From the NCBI GenBank assembly GCA_963771275.1, contig CAVYSW010000003.1, forward strand, positions 1,696,001 through 1,760,000: DNA of 64,000 bases. The letters are read 5' to 3'. The DNA comes from an uncultured Gemmatimonadales bacterium. Lineage in GTDB: Bacteria > Gemmatimonadota > Gemmatimonadetes > Gemmatimonadales > GWC2-71-9. This document shows, piece after piece, positions 9,613-19,176 of the stretch. The number at the start of each line of letters is the position of its first letter. Positions within the stretch are counted from its first letter, which is position 1. The position numbers were made by a program, and so were the translations under genes. The notes under the pieces were generated by a model that saw nothing but the letters and a program-made list of their open reading frames with translations, was not told the origin of the DNA and made no database searches.

Positions 9613-10992
9613 ATGACCACCACCCAGCCCTCGGTGCTCGTCATCGACGATGAATCCGGCATTCTCGACACGCTGCGCATTCTGCTGAAGAACTCGGGCT
9701 TCGTGGTCGAGACCGCGCAAGGCGGCAAGCCCGGCCTCGATGCGTTGCGCGCGACGAGCCCCGATATCGTGCTCACCGACATCCGGATGCCGCAGGTGTC
9801 GGGGATCGACATCCTCGAGGCCGTCAAGCAGCAGGATCCGCAGACGCCCGTGGTCCTGATGACCGCGCAGGCGGAGCTGAAGTCGGCCATCCAGGCGGTC
9901 AATCGTGGCGCCTTCTATTACATCCTGAAGCCGTTCGCCAACGACGAGCTGGTCGCGATCCTGCGCCGGGCCGCGGAAACGCGGGCGCTGCGGTCCGAGA
10001 ACCTCCACCTCAAGCGCGAGATCCGGCGGCGGGATCGCCACAGCGGCGTCGTGCCGATCGGCAGGGCGAAACGGTTCGTCGAGGTCATCACGCTGGCCGA
10101 GCAGGTCGCGCCGACCGAGTCCACGGTCCTGATCCAGGGCGAGAGCGGCACGGGCAAGGAAGTCGTGGCCCGGTACCTCCACGAGCTCTCGGCCCGGAGC
10201 GAGGGGCCGTTCTTCTCGATCAACTGCGGCGCGCTACCGGAGAGCCTGCTCGAGTCGGAGCTGTTCGGCCACGTCAAAGGGGCCTTCACCGGCGCGGTGC
10301 GGGACAAGCAGGGGCTGTTCGCCGCGGCCCGGGGCGGGACGTTCTTCCTCGACGAGATCGCCGAGATGAAGCCGTCCACCCAGGTGAAGCTGTTGCGCGT
10401 GCTGCAGGAGCGCGAGGCCCTGCCCGTGGGTGGCGTCGAGCCGATCCCGGTGGACGTGCGGGTGATCGCGGCGACCAACAAGGACATCGAGGAGGAGATC
10501 CGCCGCGGGGCGTTTCGCTCCGACCTCTTCTATCGCCTCAACGTCATCGCGATGCAGCTGCCGCCGCTGCGGGAGCGGCGGGAGGACATCCCCCTCCTGG
10601 CGGAGGCGTTCCTCCAGCGGGTCGCCCAAGAACGTGAGCTCGCGCCGGTGCGGCTGGCGCCGGAAGCGCTGGACGCGATCATGGCGTACGACTGGCCCGG
10701 CAACGTGCGCGAGCTGGAGAACGCGCTCGAGCATGCCGCGATTCTCGCGCGCAACGAGGAAATCGCGCCCGACTGCCTGCCGGAGCGGATCACGGCGCGC
10801 CGCGCGGAGCCGCTCGTGGGCGAGAAGGCGCACGACAACCCCACGTTGGAGCACATCGAGCGCGCCTACATCATGTGGGTGCTGCAGAACGAAGGCGGCA
10901 ACAAGAGCCGGGCGGCGCAGGTGCTGGGCATCGATCCGTCGACCCTGTACCGCAAGCTGTCGCGCTACGACGCGGTGGACCCGGAGGAATAG
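9613..10992 (+). CDS. pilR: PilR-like sigma54-dependent response regulator
   Basis: Receiver (VIDDE...LTDIRMP), AAA+ [24 protein letters not shown], Fis HTH. Confidence 0.8.
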   Translation: MTTTQPSVLVIDDESGILDTLRILLKNSGFVVETAQGGKPGLDALRATSPDIVLTDIRMPQVSGIDILEAVKQQDPQTPVVLMTAQAELKSAIQAVNRGAFYYILKPFANDELVAILRRAAETRALRSENLHLKREIRRRDRHSGVVPIGRAKRFVEVITLAEQVAPTESTVLIQGESGTGKEVVARYLHELSARSEGPFFSINCGALPESLLESELFGHVKGAFTGAVRDKQGLFAAARGGTFFLDEIAEMKPSTQVKLLRVLQEREALPVGGVEPIPVDVRVIAATNKDIEEEIRRGAFRSDLFYRLNVIAMQLPPLRERREDIPLLAEAFLQRVAQERELAPVRLAPEALDAIMAYDWPGNVRELENALEHAAILARNEEIAPDCLPERITARRAEPLVGEKAHDNPTLEHIERAYIMWVLQNEGGNKSRAAQVLGIDPSTLYRKLSRYDAVDPEE

Positions 10993-11129
10993 GCGGATCG
11001 GCGGGGTGGCGAACCGCAAACGCCCTTGCAAATAGCAGGATTCCAGGTGGGGGCCGGGGGGGTCTCGGGGGGGGGGCACCTGCCGTATCTCGAAGTCGGG
11101 CCGCGTCTTGCGGTCCTCGGCGCGGCAGG

Positions 11130-11144
11130 TGGCATGTCGGTTGC
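11130..11144 (+). promoter_or_regulatory. sigma54 (-24/-12) promoter of pilA
   Basis: TGGCAT-GTCGG-TTGC; GG 11131-32 and GC 11143-44 are 12 nt apart, about 75 nt upstream of the pilin ATG. Confidence 0.8.
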
Positions 11145-11219
11145 CTTATCCGGATCCGAAGGGAACGCATGCCCCGGGAGAAACCCGAGGGGAGAGAACA
11201 CTCAACACGAGGAGTCGCA

Positions 11220-11636
11220 ATGCTGCGCAACACCAAGGGCTTCACCCTCATCGAGCTGCTGATCGTCGTCGTGATCATCGGCATCCTGGCGGCGATCGCA
11301 ATCCCGAAGTTCGCGAGCACGAAGGAGAAGGCATACCTGGCCTCGATGAAGTCCGACCTTCGTAACGGCGCGACCGCCCAGGAAGGCTACTTCGCCGACA
11401 ACCAGGTGTACCTCAGCGGCGTCGCCAGCAATCTGGCCGGTGTGGCGACCCCGCTCGCCGCCATGGGCAACTTTACGCCCTCGGCTGGCGTGACGATCAC
11501 TTTCACCGCGACCGGTGGCACGGGCTGGAGCGCCGTCACGACGCACAGCGCGACCGCCAAGACCTGCGCCATCTTCATCAACGTGGCCGCGGTGGCCCCG
11601 GCGACGGTCGACGGCGAGCCGAAGTGCACGCCGTAA
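11220..11636 (+). CDS. pilA: Major type IVa pilin
   Basis: Short leader MLRNTKG/FTLIELLIVVVIIGILAAIAIP, C-terminal Cys pair, RBS GAGGAG. Confidence 0.9.
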   Translation: MLRNTKGFTLIELLIVVVIIGILAAIAIPKFASTKEKAYLASMKSDLRNGATAQEGYFADNQVYLSGVASNLAGVATPLAAMGNFTPSAGVTITFTATGGTGWSAVTTHSATAKTCAIFINVAAVAPATVDGEPKCTP

Positions 11637-11663
11637 TCGCGGACCGCACACGCTGATCCTGGG

Positions 11664-11700
11664 AACGGGCGGCGGTCGTATCTGGCTGCCGCCCGTTTCT
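11664..11700 (+). terminator. Stem-loop between the two pilin genes (terminator or mRNA-stabilising hairpin)
   Basis: AACGGGCGGCGGTC-loop-GGCTGCCGCCCGTT followed by a short T tract. Confidence 0.55.
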
Positions 11701-11727
11701 CTGAGACTCACACGGGGAGGCCTGATC

Positions 11728-12144
11728 ATGTACGGCGCAGTGCCGACCATCACGTGGTCCGACCGGCGTGGCTTCACGCTGATTGAGCTGATGATTGTGG
11801 TGGTGATCATCGGGATCCTCGCCGCCATCGCGATCCCCAAGTTCGCCAGCACGAAGGAGAAGGCGTACCTGGCCACGATGAAGTCCGATCTCCGGAACCT
11901 GGCCACCCAGGAGGAGAGCTACTACTACGATAACAGCGTGTACTACGGCGGCGCGGTGCCCAACGCGGCCCTCGGTTTCTCCGCTTCGAGTCCCGTGACG
12001 ATCACGGTGACCAACGCGACTGCTGCGGGCTGGTCCGCCACGGCGACCCACCCCGGGGCGCCGGGAAAGACCTGCGCGCTGTTCTACGGCTCCGCGCCGG
12101 CGGTGGCGCCGGCGGTCACTGAGGGCCTGGTGGCGTGCAACTGA
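11728..12144 (+). CDS. Second type IVa pilin (paralog of upstream pilin)
   Basis: RRG/FTLIELMIVVVIIGILAAIAIPKFASTKEKAYLATMKSDLRN, nearly identical N-terminus to the first pilin; RBS GGGAGG. Confidence 0.9.
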   Translation: MYGAVPTITWSDRRGFTLIELMIVVVIIGILAAIAIPKFASTKEKAYLATMKSDLRNLATQEESYYYDNSVYYGGAVPNAALGFSASSPVTITVTNATAAGWSATATHPGAPGKTCALFYGSAPAVAPAVTEGLVACN

Positions 12145-12162
12145 GCCGCCCACCGCAGAGTG

Positions 12163-12198
12163 GCGGGTGACCGGGGGTCCGGTCACCCGTTTTTGTTT
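12163..12198 (+). terminator. Rho-independent terminator
   Basis: GCGGGTGACCGG-gggt-CCGGTCACCCGT then TTTTGTTT. Confidence 0.8.
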
Positions 12199-12212
12199 GA
12201 CAGATTCCCGCG

Positions 12213-13388
12213 ATGCCGACGACGCCTCGCTCCGGATCGCCCGCCCGCCCGGCCAAGCGCCTTGCCCGGGAGCTGCTGTGGAACCTCGGGCTGCTGACGG
12301 TGGCGGCATTGTCGCTCGCCATCGGGACGACCCTCGTGGCGCAAGCGCTCCGTCCCCGGTTTGCGCTCGTCGTCCTGCTGGCGCTGATCGTCGCCGACCT
12401 CGGCATCCTGTTCGTGTTCGGGCGCTACCTGATCGGACGCCTGGTGCTCGGGCCGATGCGGGCCCTGACCGACGCGGCCGACGCGATCGCGGGTGGTGAC
12501 CTAACCGTGCGGGCCCCCGCGGCCGAAACCGAGGAGTTCACGCGGCTCGCCGATCGCCTCAACGACATGACGGAGGCGCTGCTCGACGTGCAGAGCCAGC
12601 TGGTCCGGGCGGAGAAGCTCGCCGGCATCGGTCGGCTCGCGGCGGGTGTGGCGCACGAAATCGGGAACCCCCTCGCGGCGATCGGCACCTACGTGGAGGT
12701 GCTGCGCCGCCGCCGGGCGGCGCCGGACCTCACGGACGATCTCGCCCGGGAAGCAGAGCGCATCGATCAGATCGTGCGCGGGCTGCTGGCGTACGCGCGC
12801 TCGGAAGAGGCCGCAACGGGCGCGCTCGATGTCGGGGGCGTCGTGCAGGGGGTGGTCGCCCTGCTCGAGCGTCAGGGAACGCTCAAGGCGCGTGACGTAC
12901 GTGTGGAGATCGCCGCGGCCGCGCCGCCGGTCTGGGGACGGCCCCACGCGCTGGAGCAGGTCCTGGTGAACCTCCTGCTCAACGCCCTCGACGCCGGCCC
13001 TGACGGGGCGGTGACGGTACGGGTGGTCGGAGGACCGTACGCGCCGGCGCCAGGGACGGAGACGCGCCGCAGCGATACGGGCGCGACTCCGCCGCCCCGC
13101 CGGCCCGCCTCCCGCCGCCCGCGTCGGCCCGATCTCCCTGCGGGCACGCCGGGCGTGCTGGTGGTGGTCTCTGACCAGGGACCCGGCGTGGCGGAGGCCG
13201 AGCGCGAGCGGATCTTCGATCCGTTCTACACCACCAAGCCGCCCGGCGCCGGCACGGGGCTCGGGCTCGCCATCGTCCAGCGCATCGTGGACGAGATGGG
13301 CGGGCTCGTGTGGGTCGAGGATGCGCGCGGCGGCGGCGCGGCGTTCAAGGTGTTTCTTCCGGTGGCGGCGCAGGGAGGGGAGCCATGA
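12213..13388 (+). CDS. HAMP-domain sensor histidine kinase (PilS2-like)
   Basis: Two TMs, HAMP, AHEIGNPL, DQGPG, FYTTK, GTGLGL. Confidence 0.85.
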   Translation: MPTTPRSGSPARPAKRLARELLWNLGLLTVAALSLAIGTTLVAQALRPRFALVVLLALIVADLGILFVFGRYLIGRLVLGPMRALTDAADAIAGGDLTVRAPAAETEEFTRLADRLNDMTEALLDVQSQLVRAEKLAGIGRLAAGVAHEIGNPLAAIGTYVEVLRRRRAAPDLTDDLAREAERIDQIVRGLLAYARSEEAATGALDVGGVVQGVVALLERQGTLKARDVRVEIAAAAPPVWGRPHALEQVLVNLLLNALDAGPDGAVTVRVVGGPYAPAPGTETRRSDTGATPPPRRPASRRPRRPDLPAGTPGVLVVVSDQGPGVAEAERERIFDPFYTTKPPGAGTGLGLAIVQRIVDEMGGLVWVEDARGGGAAFKVFLPVAAQGGEP

Positions 13389-14734
13389 GAGTCCTCATCG
13401 TGGATGACGATCCGGGGCTGCGGAAATCGTTGTCCCTGCTGCTCGACGGGGACGGGCACGCGGTCGCGGCGGAGCAGGCGGCCGAGGCGGCGCTCACCCG
13501 GCTCCGCGCCGAGCGGTTCGACGTCGTGTTGTGCGACGTCCGGATGCCGGGCATGGACGGGCTGGAGTTCCTGCGCCGCTACCAGGCGCTCCGCGGCGAG
13601 GCGCTCGTGATCATGATGAGCGCCTACGGCGGCGAGGACGCGGCGATCGCGGCGATGAAGGAGGGCGCGTATGACTACCTCCCCAAGCCGTTTCGCTCCG
13701 ACGAAGTGCTGCTCACGCTCCGCAAGGCCGAAGAACGGGAGCGGCTCCGGGGGAGGGTGGCGACGCTCGAGGCCGAAGTCGCGCGGTTTCGCGAGCCCGA
13801 CGTGGTCACCGAGTCGACCGCCATGCGACGCGTCATGGACCTGGCCAGCCGGGTGGCGCCCCACGCGACCACCGTGCTCGTGACCGGGGAGAGCGGGACG
13901 GGCAAGGAGGTCCTGGCCCGCGCGATCCACCGCATGAGTCCGCGGCGCGACCAGGCGTTTGTCGCGGTGAACTGCGCCGCCATCCCGGAGGCGCTGCTCG
14001 AGTCCGAGCTGTTCGGCCATGCACGCGGCGCGTTCACCGGGGCGGTGGCGGACAAGCGGGGACTATTCGAGGAGGCCGACAAGGGCACCCTGCTGCTCGA
14101 TGAAGTCGGTGACTTGCCCCTGTCGCTGCAGGTGAAGCTCCTCCGGGTCCTGCAGGAGGGCACGATCCGCCGAGTGGGAGAGGCGCGGGAACGGCGCATC
14201 GACGTCCGGCTGATCGGCGCCACGGCCCGCAATCTCGACGCGGACGTCGGCGCGGGCCGGTTCCGGGAGGACCTGTTCTACCGCCTCAACGTCGTGCGCG
14301 TCCACATCCCTCCGCTGCGGGAGCGCGCCGAAGACCTCGAGCGCCTGGCGCTGGTACTGCTCCAGCGCGCCGGCGAGCGCGCGGGACGACGCGCGACATT
14401 CGCGCCGGACGTGATGTCGGCGCTGCGCGAGCAGCGGTGGCCGGGGAATGTCAGGGAGCTGGAGAACGCCATCGAGCGTGCGGTCGTGCTGTCGGCCGAT
14501 GGTGTCGTACGCGGCGAGGCGTTCCGGGATGTGGGGCGGGGTGTGCCGGCAGGTGGTCCAGCGCCGCCCGCCACCACCCCGGTCCGACTCAAGGACGCGG
14601 TGGCGCTGGCCGAGCGGGAGGCGATCGCCCACGCGCTCGCGGCCGCCCAGGGGAACCGGGAGCAGGCTGCCCAGACGCTCGGCGTGAGTCTCCGGACCCT
14701 GTACTACAAGCTGCGGGACGCCGGCCTGGAATGA
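13385..14734 (+). CDS. sigma54-dependent response regulator (PilR2-like)
   Basis: MRVLIVDDD receiver, [30 protein letters not shown] overlaps the kinase stop. Confidence 0.9.
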   Translation: MRVLIVDDDPGLRKSLSLLLDGDGHAVAAEQAAEAALTRLRAERFDVVLCDVRMPGMDGLEFLRRYQALRGEALVIMMSAYGGEDAAIAAMKEGAYDYLPKPFRSDEVLLTLRKAEERERLRGRVATLEAEVARFREPDVVTESTAMRRVMDLASRVAPHATTVLVTGESGTGKEVLARAIHRMSPRRDQAFVAVNCAAIPEALLESELFGHARGAFTGAVADKRGLFEEADKGTLLLDEVGDLPLSLQVKLLRVLQEGTIRRVGEARERRIDVRLIGATARNLDADVGAGRFREDLFYRLNVVRVHIPPLRERAEDLERLALVLLQRAGERAGRRATFAPDVMSALREQRWPGNVRELENAIERAVVLSADGVVRGEAFRDVGRGVPAGGPAPPATTPVRLKDAVALAEREAIAHALAAAQGNREQAAQTLGVSLRTLYYKLRDAGLE

Positions 14735-14823
14735 GTGCAGGTGGCTGCACGAATGCGGGAACTTGCAGGGCCGGCCGGTTTGCGCAAGCGTCGCAAATTG
14801 TTCACTGACAACGTGTTGTGTGA

Positions 14824-14838
14824 TGGCGCGATTCGTGT
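14824..14838 (+). promoter_or_regulatory. Possible sigma54 promoter of the minor-pilin operon
   Basis: TGGCGC-GATTC-GTGT (imperfect -12), preceded by TGCA/TGCG-containing motifs at 14736-14800. Confidence 0.3.
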
Positions 14839-14854
14839 TACGTCCCCACTCGCC

Positions 14855-15292
14855 ATGGGAATGCCCTCCCGAATCCGTCTGGCCTCGCCGCGCTCGCCCT
14901 GGTGTCGATCCCGGCGGGACGACCGGGCTCGGCCCGCCGCTTGGCGGGACACACGAGGCTCGACGATCGTCGAGGTCCTGGTCGCGGTCATCATCCTGAG
15001 TGTGGGACTTCTCGGGCTGGTGACGACGGCCGGACTCGTGACCGGCATGATCGGGCAGGGGCAGCGGTACACCGAGGCCTCGGTCCTCGCCGGCGAACGG
15101 TTCGAGATCCTGCGGGCCCAGCGCTGTCCCAGTCCGGGGGCCGGCTCGGAGATCCGCGGGGCGTACACCGTGTCGTGGCAGATCACCGCGGTTGCGGGGG
15201 GCCGCGGCAGGCAGTTCGCGGTCACGGTCCAGTCGCCGACGGGGCGGGGAACGCGGACGGCGCTGTTCACCACCACGGAGTTTTGCCCGTGA
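14855..15292 (+). CDS. PilV-like minor pilin
   Basis: RG/STIVEVLVAVIILSVGLLG prepilin-like motif; start codon uncertain. Confidence 0.7.
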   Translation: MGMPSRIRLASPRSPWCRSRRDDRARPAAWRDTRGSTIVEVLVAVIILSVGLLGLVTTAGLVTGMIGQGQRYTEASVLAGERFEILRAQRCPSPGAGSEIRGAYTVSWQITAVAGGRGRQFAVTVQSPTGRGTRTALFTTTEFCP

Positions 15293-16134
15293 GCGGCCGG
15301 CGCGGGTTCACCCTCGTCGAGCTCCTCACGGCAGTGGTGCTGTTCGGCATCGTGTCGATCGCGCTGTATCAGCTCCTGATCAACAGCCAGCGGGTCTACC
15401 GCGAGCAGACCGAGCGCCTCTCGGCCGACATGAGCGCGCGCGATGCGATCTCGGTGCTGCCCGGCGAGGTGCGGGAGCTGAGCGCGAGCGACGGGGACAT
15501 CGTGACCATGTCCGCGACGTCCTTGACCTACAAGTCGATGCAGGCGCTGTACGTCCAATGCGATTCCCCCAGTACCGCGAGGCTCGTGATCACGCTCGAT
15601 CGCACCGCGTTCTTCGGCCTGCGAGGGATCGACGCGTCGCAGGACTCGATCGTGATCTTCGCCGAGGGCGACTCCACGACCGCAACGGATGACACATGGC
15701 TCCACGCGGACGTGACCGCGGTCCTCCCCGGGACTGCATGCCCCGGTGGGCGGTCCAGCCTGAGCGTCGCGCTCGCCGGCGTGACGCCGAGCCAGCTGGC
15801 GCGCGTGGCGACGGGGGCGCCGGTGCGCACGTTTCGGGTGGCCCAGGTGCTGCTGTACCGGGATGGTGCCGGGGACTCGTGGCTCGGCGGTCGGGAGTTC
15901 CAGAAGACCGCAGGCACCTGGGCGACCACGCAGCCGATTACCGGCCCGCTGTCTCCGGCCGGCCTGGAGCTGACCTATTTCGACAGTACCGGTGCCCCGA
16001 CCGCCGTGCCCCGCTACGTGGTGCGGGTGGGCATCGCCGTCGTCAGCCGCTCGCCCGGGCGAGGACGCGGGTCGGCCTACCTGCTGCAGGATCTGATGAC
16101 CCAAGTGGCGGTGCGCAATAATGCGCTCTACTAG
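15289..16134 (+). CDS. PilW-like minor pilin
   Basis: GTG start, RRG/FTLVELLTAVVLFGIV; ends VAVRNNALY. Confidence 0.75.
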   Translation: MSGRRGFTLVELLTAVVLFGIVSIALYQLLINSQRVYREQTERLSADMSARDAISVLPGEVRELSASDGDIVTMSATSLTYKSMQALYVQCDSPSTARLVITLDRTAFFGLRGIDASQDSIVIFAEGDSTTATDDTWLHADVTAVLPGTACPGGRSSLSVALAGVTPSQLARVATGAPVRTFRVAQVLLYRDGAGDSWLGGREFQKTAGTWATTQPITGPLSPAGLELTYFDSTGAPTAVPRYVVRVGIAVVSRSPGRGRGSAYLLQDLMTQVAVRNNALY

Positions 16135-17293
16135 CCCCGCCCGGGCGCTCGCCGCGAGACCGGCCCGCCCCCCAGTCGGCTGCAGCCGATGCGGCAATCG
16201 GGGGTTCGCGCTTCCCATGGCCATCTTCGCGCTGGTGATCGTCGGGGTGCTCGTGGCGGCGGCGTTCTTCGTGGGACGTCAGGAGCAGCTGGTTGGACGC
16301 AATACCATGCGCCTCCAGCAGGCGTTCGCGGCCGCGGAGGCCGGTGCGCAGTACCAGGCGGCGGTATGGGACCCCCAGGGGCTGAACCGGCTCGCGGTGG
16401 GAGACTCGATGCCGTTCGAGGGGACCCTCGCGGGGAGCGGCTGGTACCGCGGCGCCGTGCGCCGGCTCAGCACGCTGCTGTTTCTGCTGCGATCGGAGGG
16501 CTTCAGTCCGGATTCGACTGCGCGCCAGCAGGTTGGCCTCCTCATCCGCCTCCGGCCGATCGAGGTTCGCGTGCGTGCGGCCGTGGAGGCGGCGGGGCCG
16601 ACCGATATCAGTGACGCTGCCGCGATCGATGGCGCCGACAACCTCCCGTTCGGCTGGACCGGGTGCCCGCCCCCGGGGCCGCCGCTCCCCGGACTCCGCG
16701 TGTCCGACGCAGGGCTCGTCGCCAGCTCGGGCGGGTGTGGCGGACTGTCGTGCGTGTCCGGCAGCCCGCAGCTGGTTGCCGACCCGACGGTGACTCCCGC
16801 CGCCCTCGCCCGGATCGGGGCGGTCGGCTTCGACTCGCTGCGCGGCGGGGCGTCGAAGATCGTCCCGGGCGGGACCAGGCGCATCGAGCCGTCGGTCACG
16901 GCGGGCAAGTGCGTCACGAGCGACCCCAACAACTGGGGCTCCCCGCTTCAGCCTTCGGGGCCGTGCGGCGGGTACTTCCCGGTGGTGTGGGTCGATGGCG
17001 ACCTCACCGTCACCGGCCAGCAGGGGCAGGGGGTGTTGTTGGTGAGCGGGGACCTCACCGTCCAGGCGAATTTCGAGTTCTACGGGCCCGTGATCGTGAA
17101 CGGCAGCGTCCGGACGGCGGGGACCGGAGGCCGGTTCACCGGCGGCCTGTTGGTGATCAACCGTGGCCTCGCGTCCAACGAGGTCAGCGGCAACACGTTG
17201 GTGCACTACTCCAGTTGTGCCCTCGAACGGGCCCGCGTGCGATCAGCCGGGGCCTCCCTCCTGAGGCAGCGCAGTTGGGTGAACCTGTACTAA
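16121..17293 (+). CDS. PilX-like minor pilin
   Basis: RG/FALPMAIFALVIVGVL without Glu5, QAFAAAEAG; C-terminal W.NLY. Confidence 0.7.
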   Translation: MRSTSPARALAARPARPPVGCSRCGNRGFALPMAIFALVIVGVLVAAAFFVGRQEQLVGRNTMRLQQAFAAAEAGAQYQAAVWDPQGLNRLAVGDSMPFEGTLAGSGWYRGAVRRLSTLLFLLRSEGFSPDSTARQQVGLLIRLRPIEVRVRAAVEAAGPTDISDAAAIDGADNLPFGWTGCPPPGPPLPGLRVSDAGLVASSGGCGGLSCVSGSPQLVADPTVTPAALARIGAVGFDSLRGGASKIVPGGTRRIEPSVTAGKCVTSDPNNWGSPLQPSGPCGGYFPVVWVDGDLTVTGQQGQGVLLVSGDLTVQANFEFYGPVIVNGSVRTAGTGGRFTGGLLVINRGLASNEVSGNTLVHYSSCALERARVRSAGASLLRQRSWVNLY

Positions 17294-17352
17294 GTGACGT
17301 AAGTCACTGACACCCTGATACTTGCCCACGGACGTTTAAAGTAGCTTAGAGC

Positions 17353-17381
17353 TTGACAAAAACTGGGGTGGGCCATAACGT
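17353..17381 (+). promoter_or_regulatory. Putative sigma70 promoter of pilMNOPQ
   Basis: TTGACA (17353-58), 17-nt spacer, TAACGT (17376-81), in an AT-richer intergenic stretch. Confidence 0.65.
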
Positions 17382-17425
17382 AGGTTGCCGTTCACCCCAC
17401 TTATCTCCTTGAAGCCTAGGGACAT

Positions 17426-18472
17426 ATGGCGTTTCTCGGGCTTGGCAAGCAAAGCAGAACGGTCGGCCTCGACATCGGGAGCGGGCTGATCAAGCTGGCG
17501 GTGATCGACCACAGCAGCGGTCGGCCGGCGCTCGCGCAGGTCGCGATCACCCGGGTGCTCGCCGACGCGATCGTCGAGGGCGAGATCATGGACCCGAGCG
17601 TGGTCGCCGACGCGATCCGGGGCCTGTTCGTTTCGGCCGGCGTCAAGCGCAAGAAAGTCGCCGTGGCCGTCGGCGGGCGAGACGTCATCGTCAAGAAGAT
17701 CCAGGTCGATCGGATGAGCGAGGGCGACGCCTACGATGTCGTGCGCTGGGAGGCGCAGCAGTACGTCCCGTTCGACATCGAGGGTGTGGAGCTCGACTTC
17801 CAGGTGCTCGATCCGGACGGCGAAGGCCTCCAGATGGATGTGCTCCTGGTGGCCGCCAAGCGGGAGCTGGTGGAGACCAAGCTCGCCCTGCTGGGGGATG
17901 CCGGGCTCGAAGCCGCCGTCGTGGACGTCGACGCGTTCGCCCTGCACAACGCCTTCGAGCTCAACTACCCCGACGCGATGCGCGGGGTGGCGTCGCTGAT
18001 CAACGTCGGGCACGAGGTCACCAACGTGAGCGTGGTGCAGGACGGCGTGCCGCTGCTCAGCCGCGACCTCAACATCGGTACCCGGAAGTTCCGCGAGGAT
18101 CTCCAGCGCGAGCGGGGCGTCTCCTCGGAGGACGCGGACCGCCTGCTGCAGGGGTTCGAGCGCTCCCCCGATCTGGACCCGTTCGTCCAGAGCCGCGGTG
18201 ACGAGATCGCCGTGGGTGTGGAGCGCGCCGCGGCGTTTCTGCAGACGGCCTCCCGCAACTCGGCGCGGATCGAGCGGGTGTTCTGCTGTGGCGGGGGCGC
18301 CCGGATCCCCGGGCTGACGGCCGTGATCGGCGAACGGCTGCGGCTGCCGGTCGAGGTGGCCAACCCGCTGCAGGCGCTCGAGGTTCGTGACGGCGCGTTC
18401 GGTCCGCTCAACGTCGACGAGGTCGCGCCGCTGCTGATGCAGGTCATCGGCCTCGCGCTGCGGCGCGAATAG
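17426..18472 (+). CDS. pilM: Type IV pilus assembly protein PilM
   Basis: VGLDIGSGLIK, EAQQYVPF, LLVAAK, GGGARIPGL, ANP, GLALR. Confidence 0.95.
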   Translation: MAFLGLGKQSRTVGLDIGSGLIKLAVIDHSSGRPALAQVAITRVLADAIVEGEIMDPSVVADAIRGLFVSAGVKRKKVAVAVGGRDVIVKKIQVDRMSEGDAYDVVRWEAQQYVPFDIEGVELDFQVLDPDGEGLQMDVLLVAAKRELVETKLALLGDAGLEAAVVDVDAFALHNAFELNYPDAMRGVASLINVGHEVTNVSVVQDGVPLLSRDLNIGTRKFREDLQRERGVSSEDADRLLQGFERSPDLDPFVQSRGDEIAVGVERAAAFLQTASRNSARIERVFCCGGGARIPGLTAVIGERLRLPVEVANPLQALEVRDGAFGPLNVDEVAPLLMQVIGLALRRE

Positions 18473-18489
18473 GACGGGGCAAGACTGCC

Positions 18490-19167
18490 ATGATTCGCAT
18501 CAACCTGCTGCCGGGACCACAGCGAAAGCGCAAGGGCGCTTCTGGCATCCGCTGGGCGAGTGCCAGCGAGCTGTTCGCCAAGGTCCGCAACCCGTTGGCG
18601 ATCGCGACGGTGGGCGCCTGGATCGCCGCCGTCCTGGTGGTCGCCGGCCTCTGGGGCCTGCAGGCACGGCAAATGGCCAGTCTGCGGAATGACCAGACGC
18701 GCGTCGAGGCCGAAGCGCGGCGGTTCCGGACCCTGATTCTGCAGAAGCGCCGGGCCGAACGCCTGCGGGATTCCCTCGTGGCCGAGCTCACCGCGATCCG
18801 GGAGATCGACTCGGATCGCTACGTCTGGCCGCACATTCTCGAGGAAGTGTCCAAGGCGCTGCCCGACTACACCTGGCTCGTCTCGATCGAGACCATCGCG
18901 TCGCAGCTCGAGGAGGGCGCGGACTCGACGGCCAAGCCACCCACGCGGTTCCAGATCGACGGCCGGACATCGGATCTGTCGGCCTATACGCGCTTCGTCA
19001 GCGCCCTGGCGAATTCTCCCTGGATCCAGAACGCGGAGTTCGGACCGGTGCAATCCGTGCTCGAGGAGGACCGGCCGGTGAACGCGTTTACCGTGACCGT
19101 CGCCTACAAGGTGGCCGACTCGGCGTACATCCGCACCGTGCCCGTACAACGCTCGGTGGTCAGGTAG
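18490..19167 (+). CDS. pilN: Type IV pilus assembly protein PilN
   Basis: MIRINLLP motif, TM, coiled coil, LPDYTWL. Confidence 0.9.
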   Translation: MIRINLLPGPQRKRKGASGIRWASASELFAKVRNPLAIATVGAWIAAVLVVAGLWGLQARQMASLRNDQTRVEAEARRFRTLILQKRRAERLRDSLVAELTAIREIDSDRYVWPHILEEVSKALPDYTWLVSIETIASQLEEGADSTAKPPTRFQIDGRTSDLSAYTRFVSALANSPWIQNAEFGPVQSVLEEDRPVNAFTVTVAYKVADSAYIRTVPVQRSVVR

Positions 19168-19176
19168 GAGGCGGCC

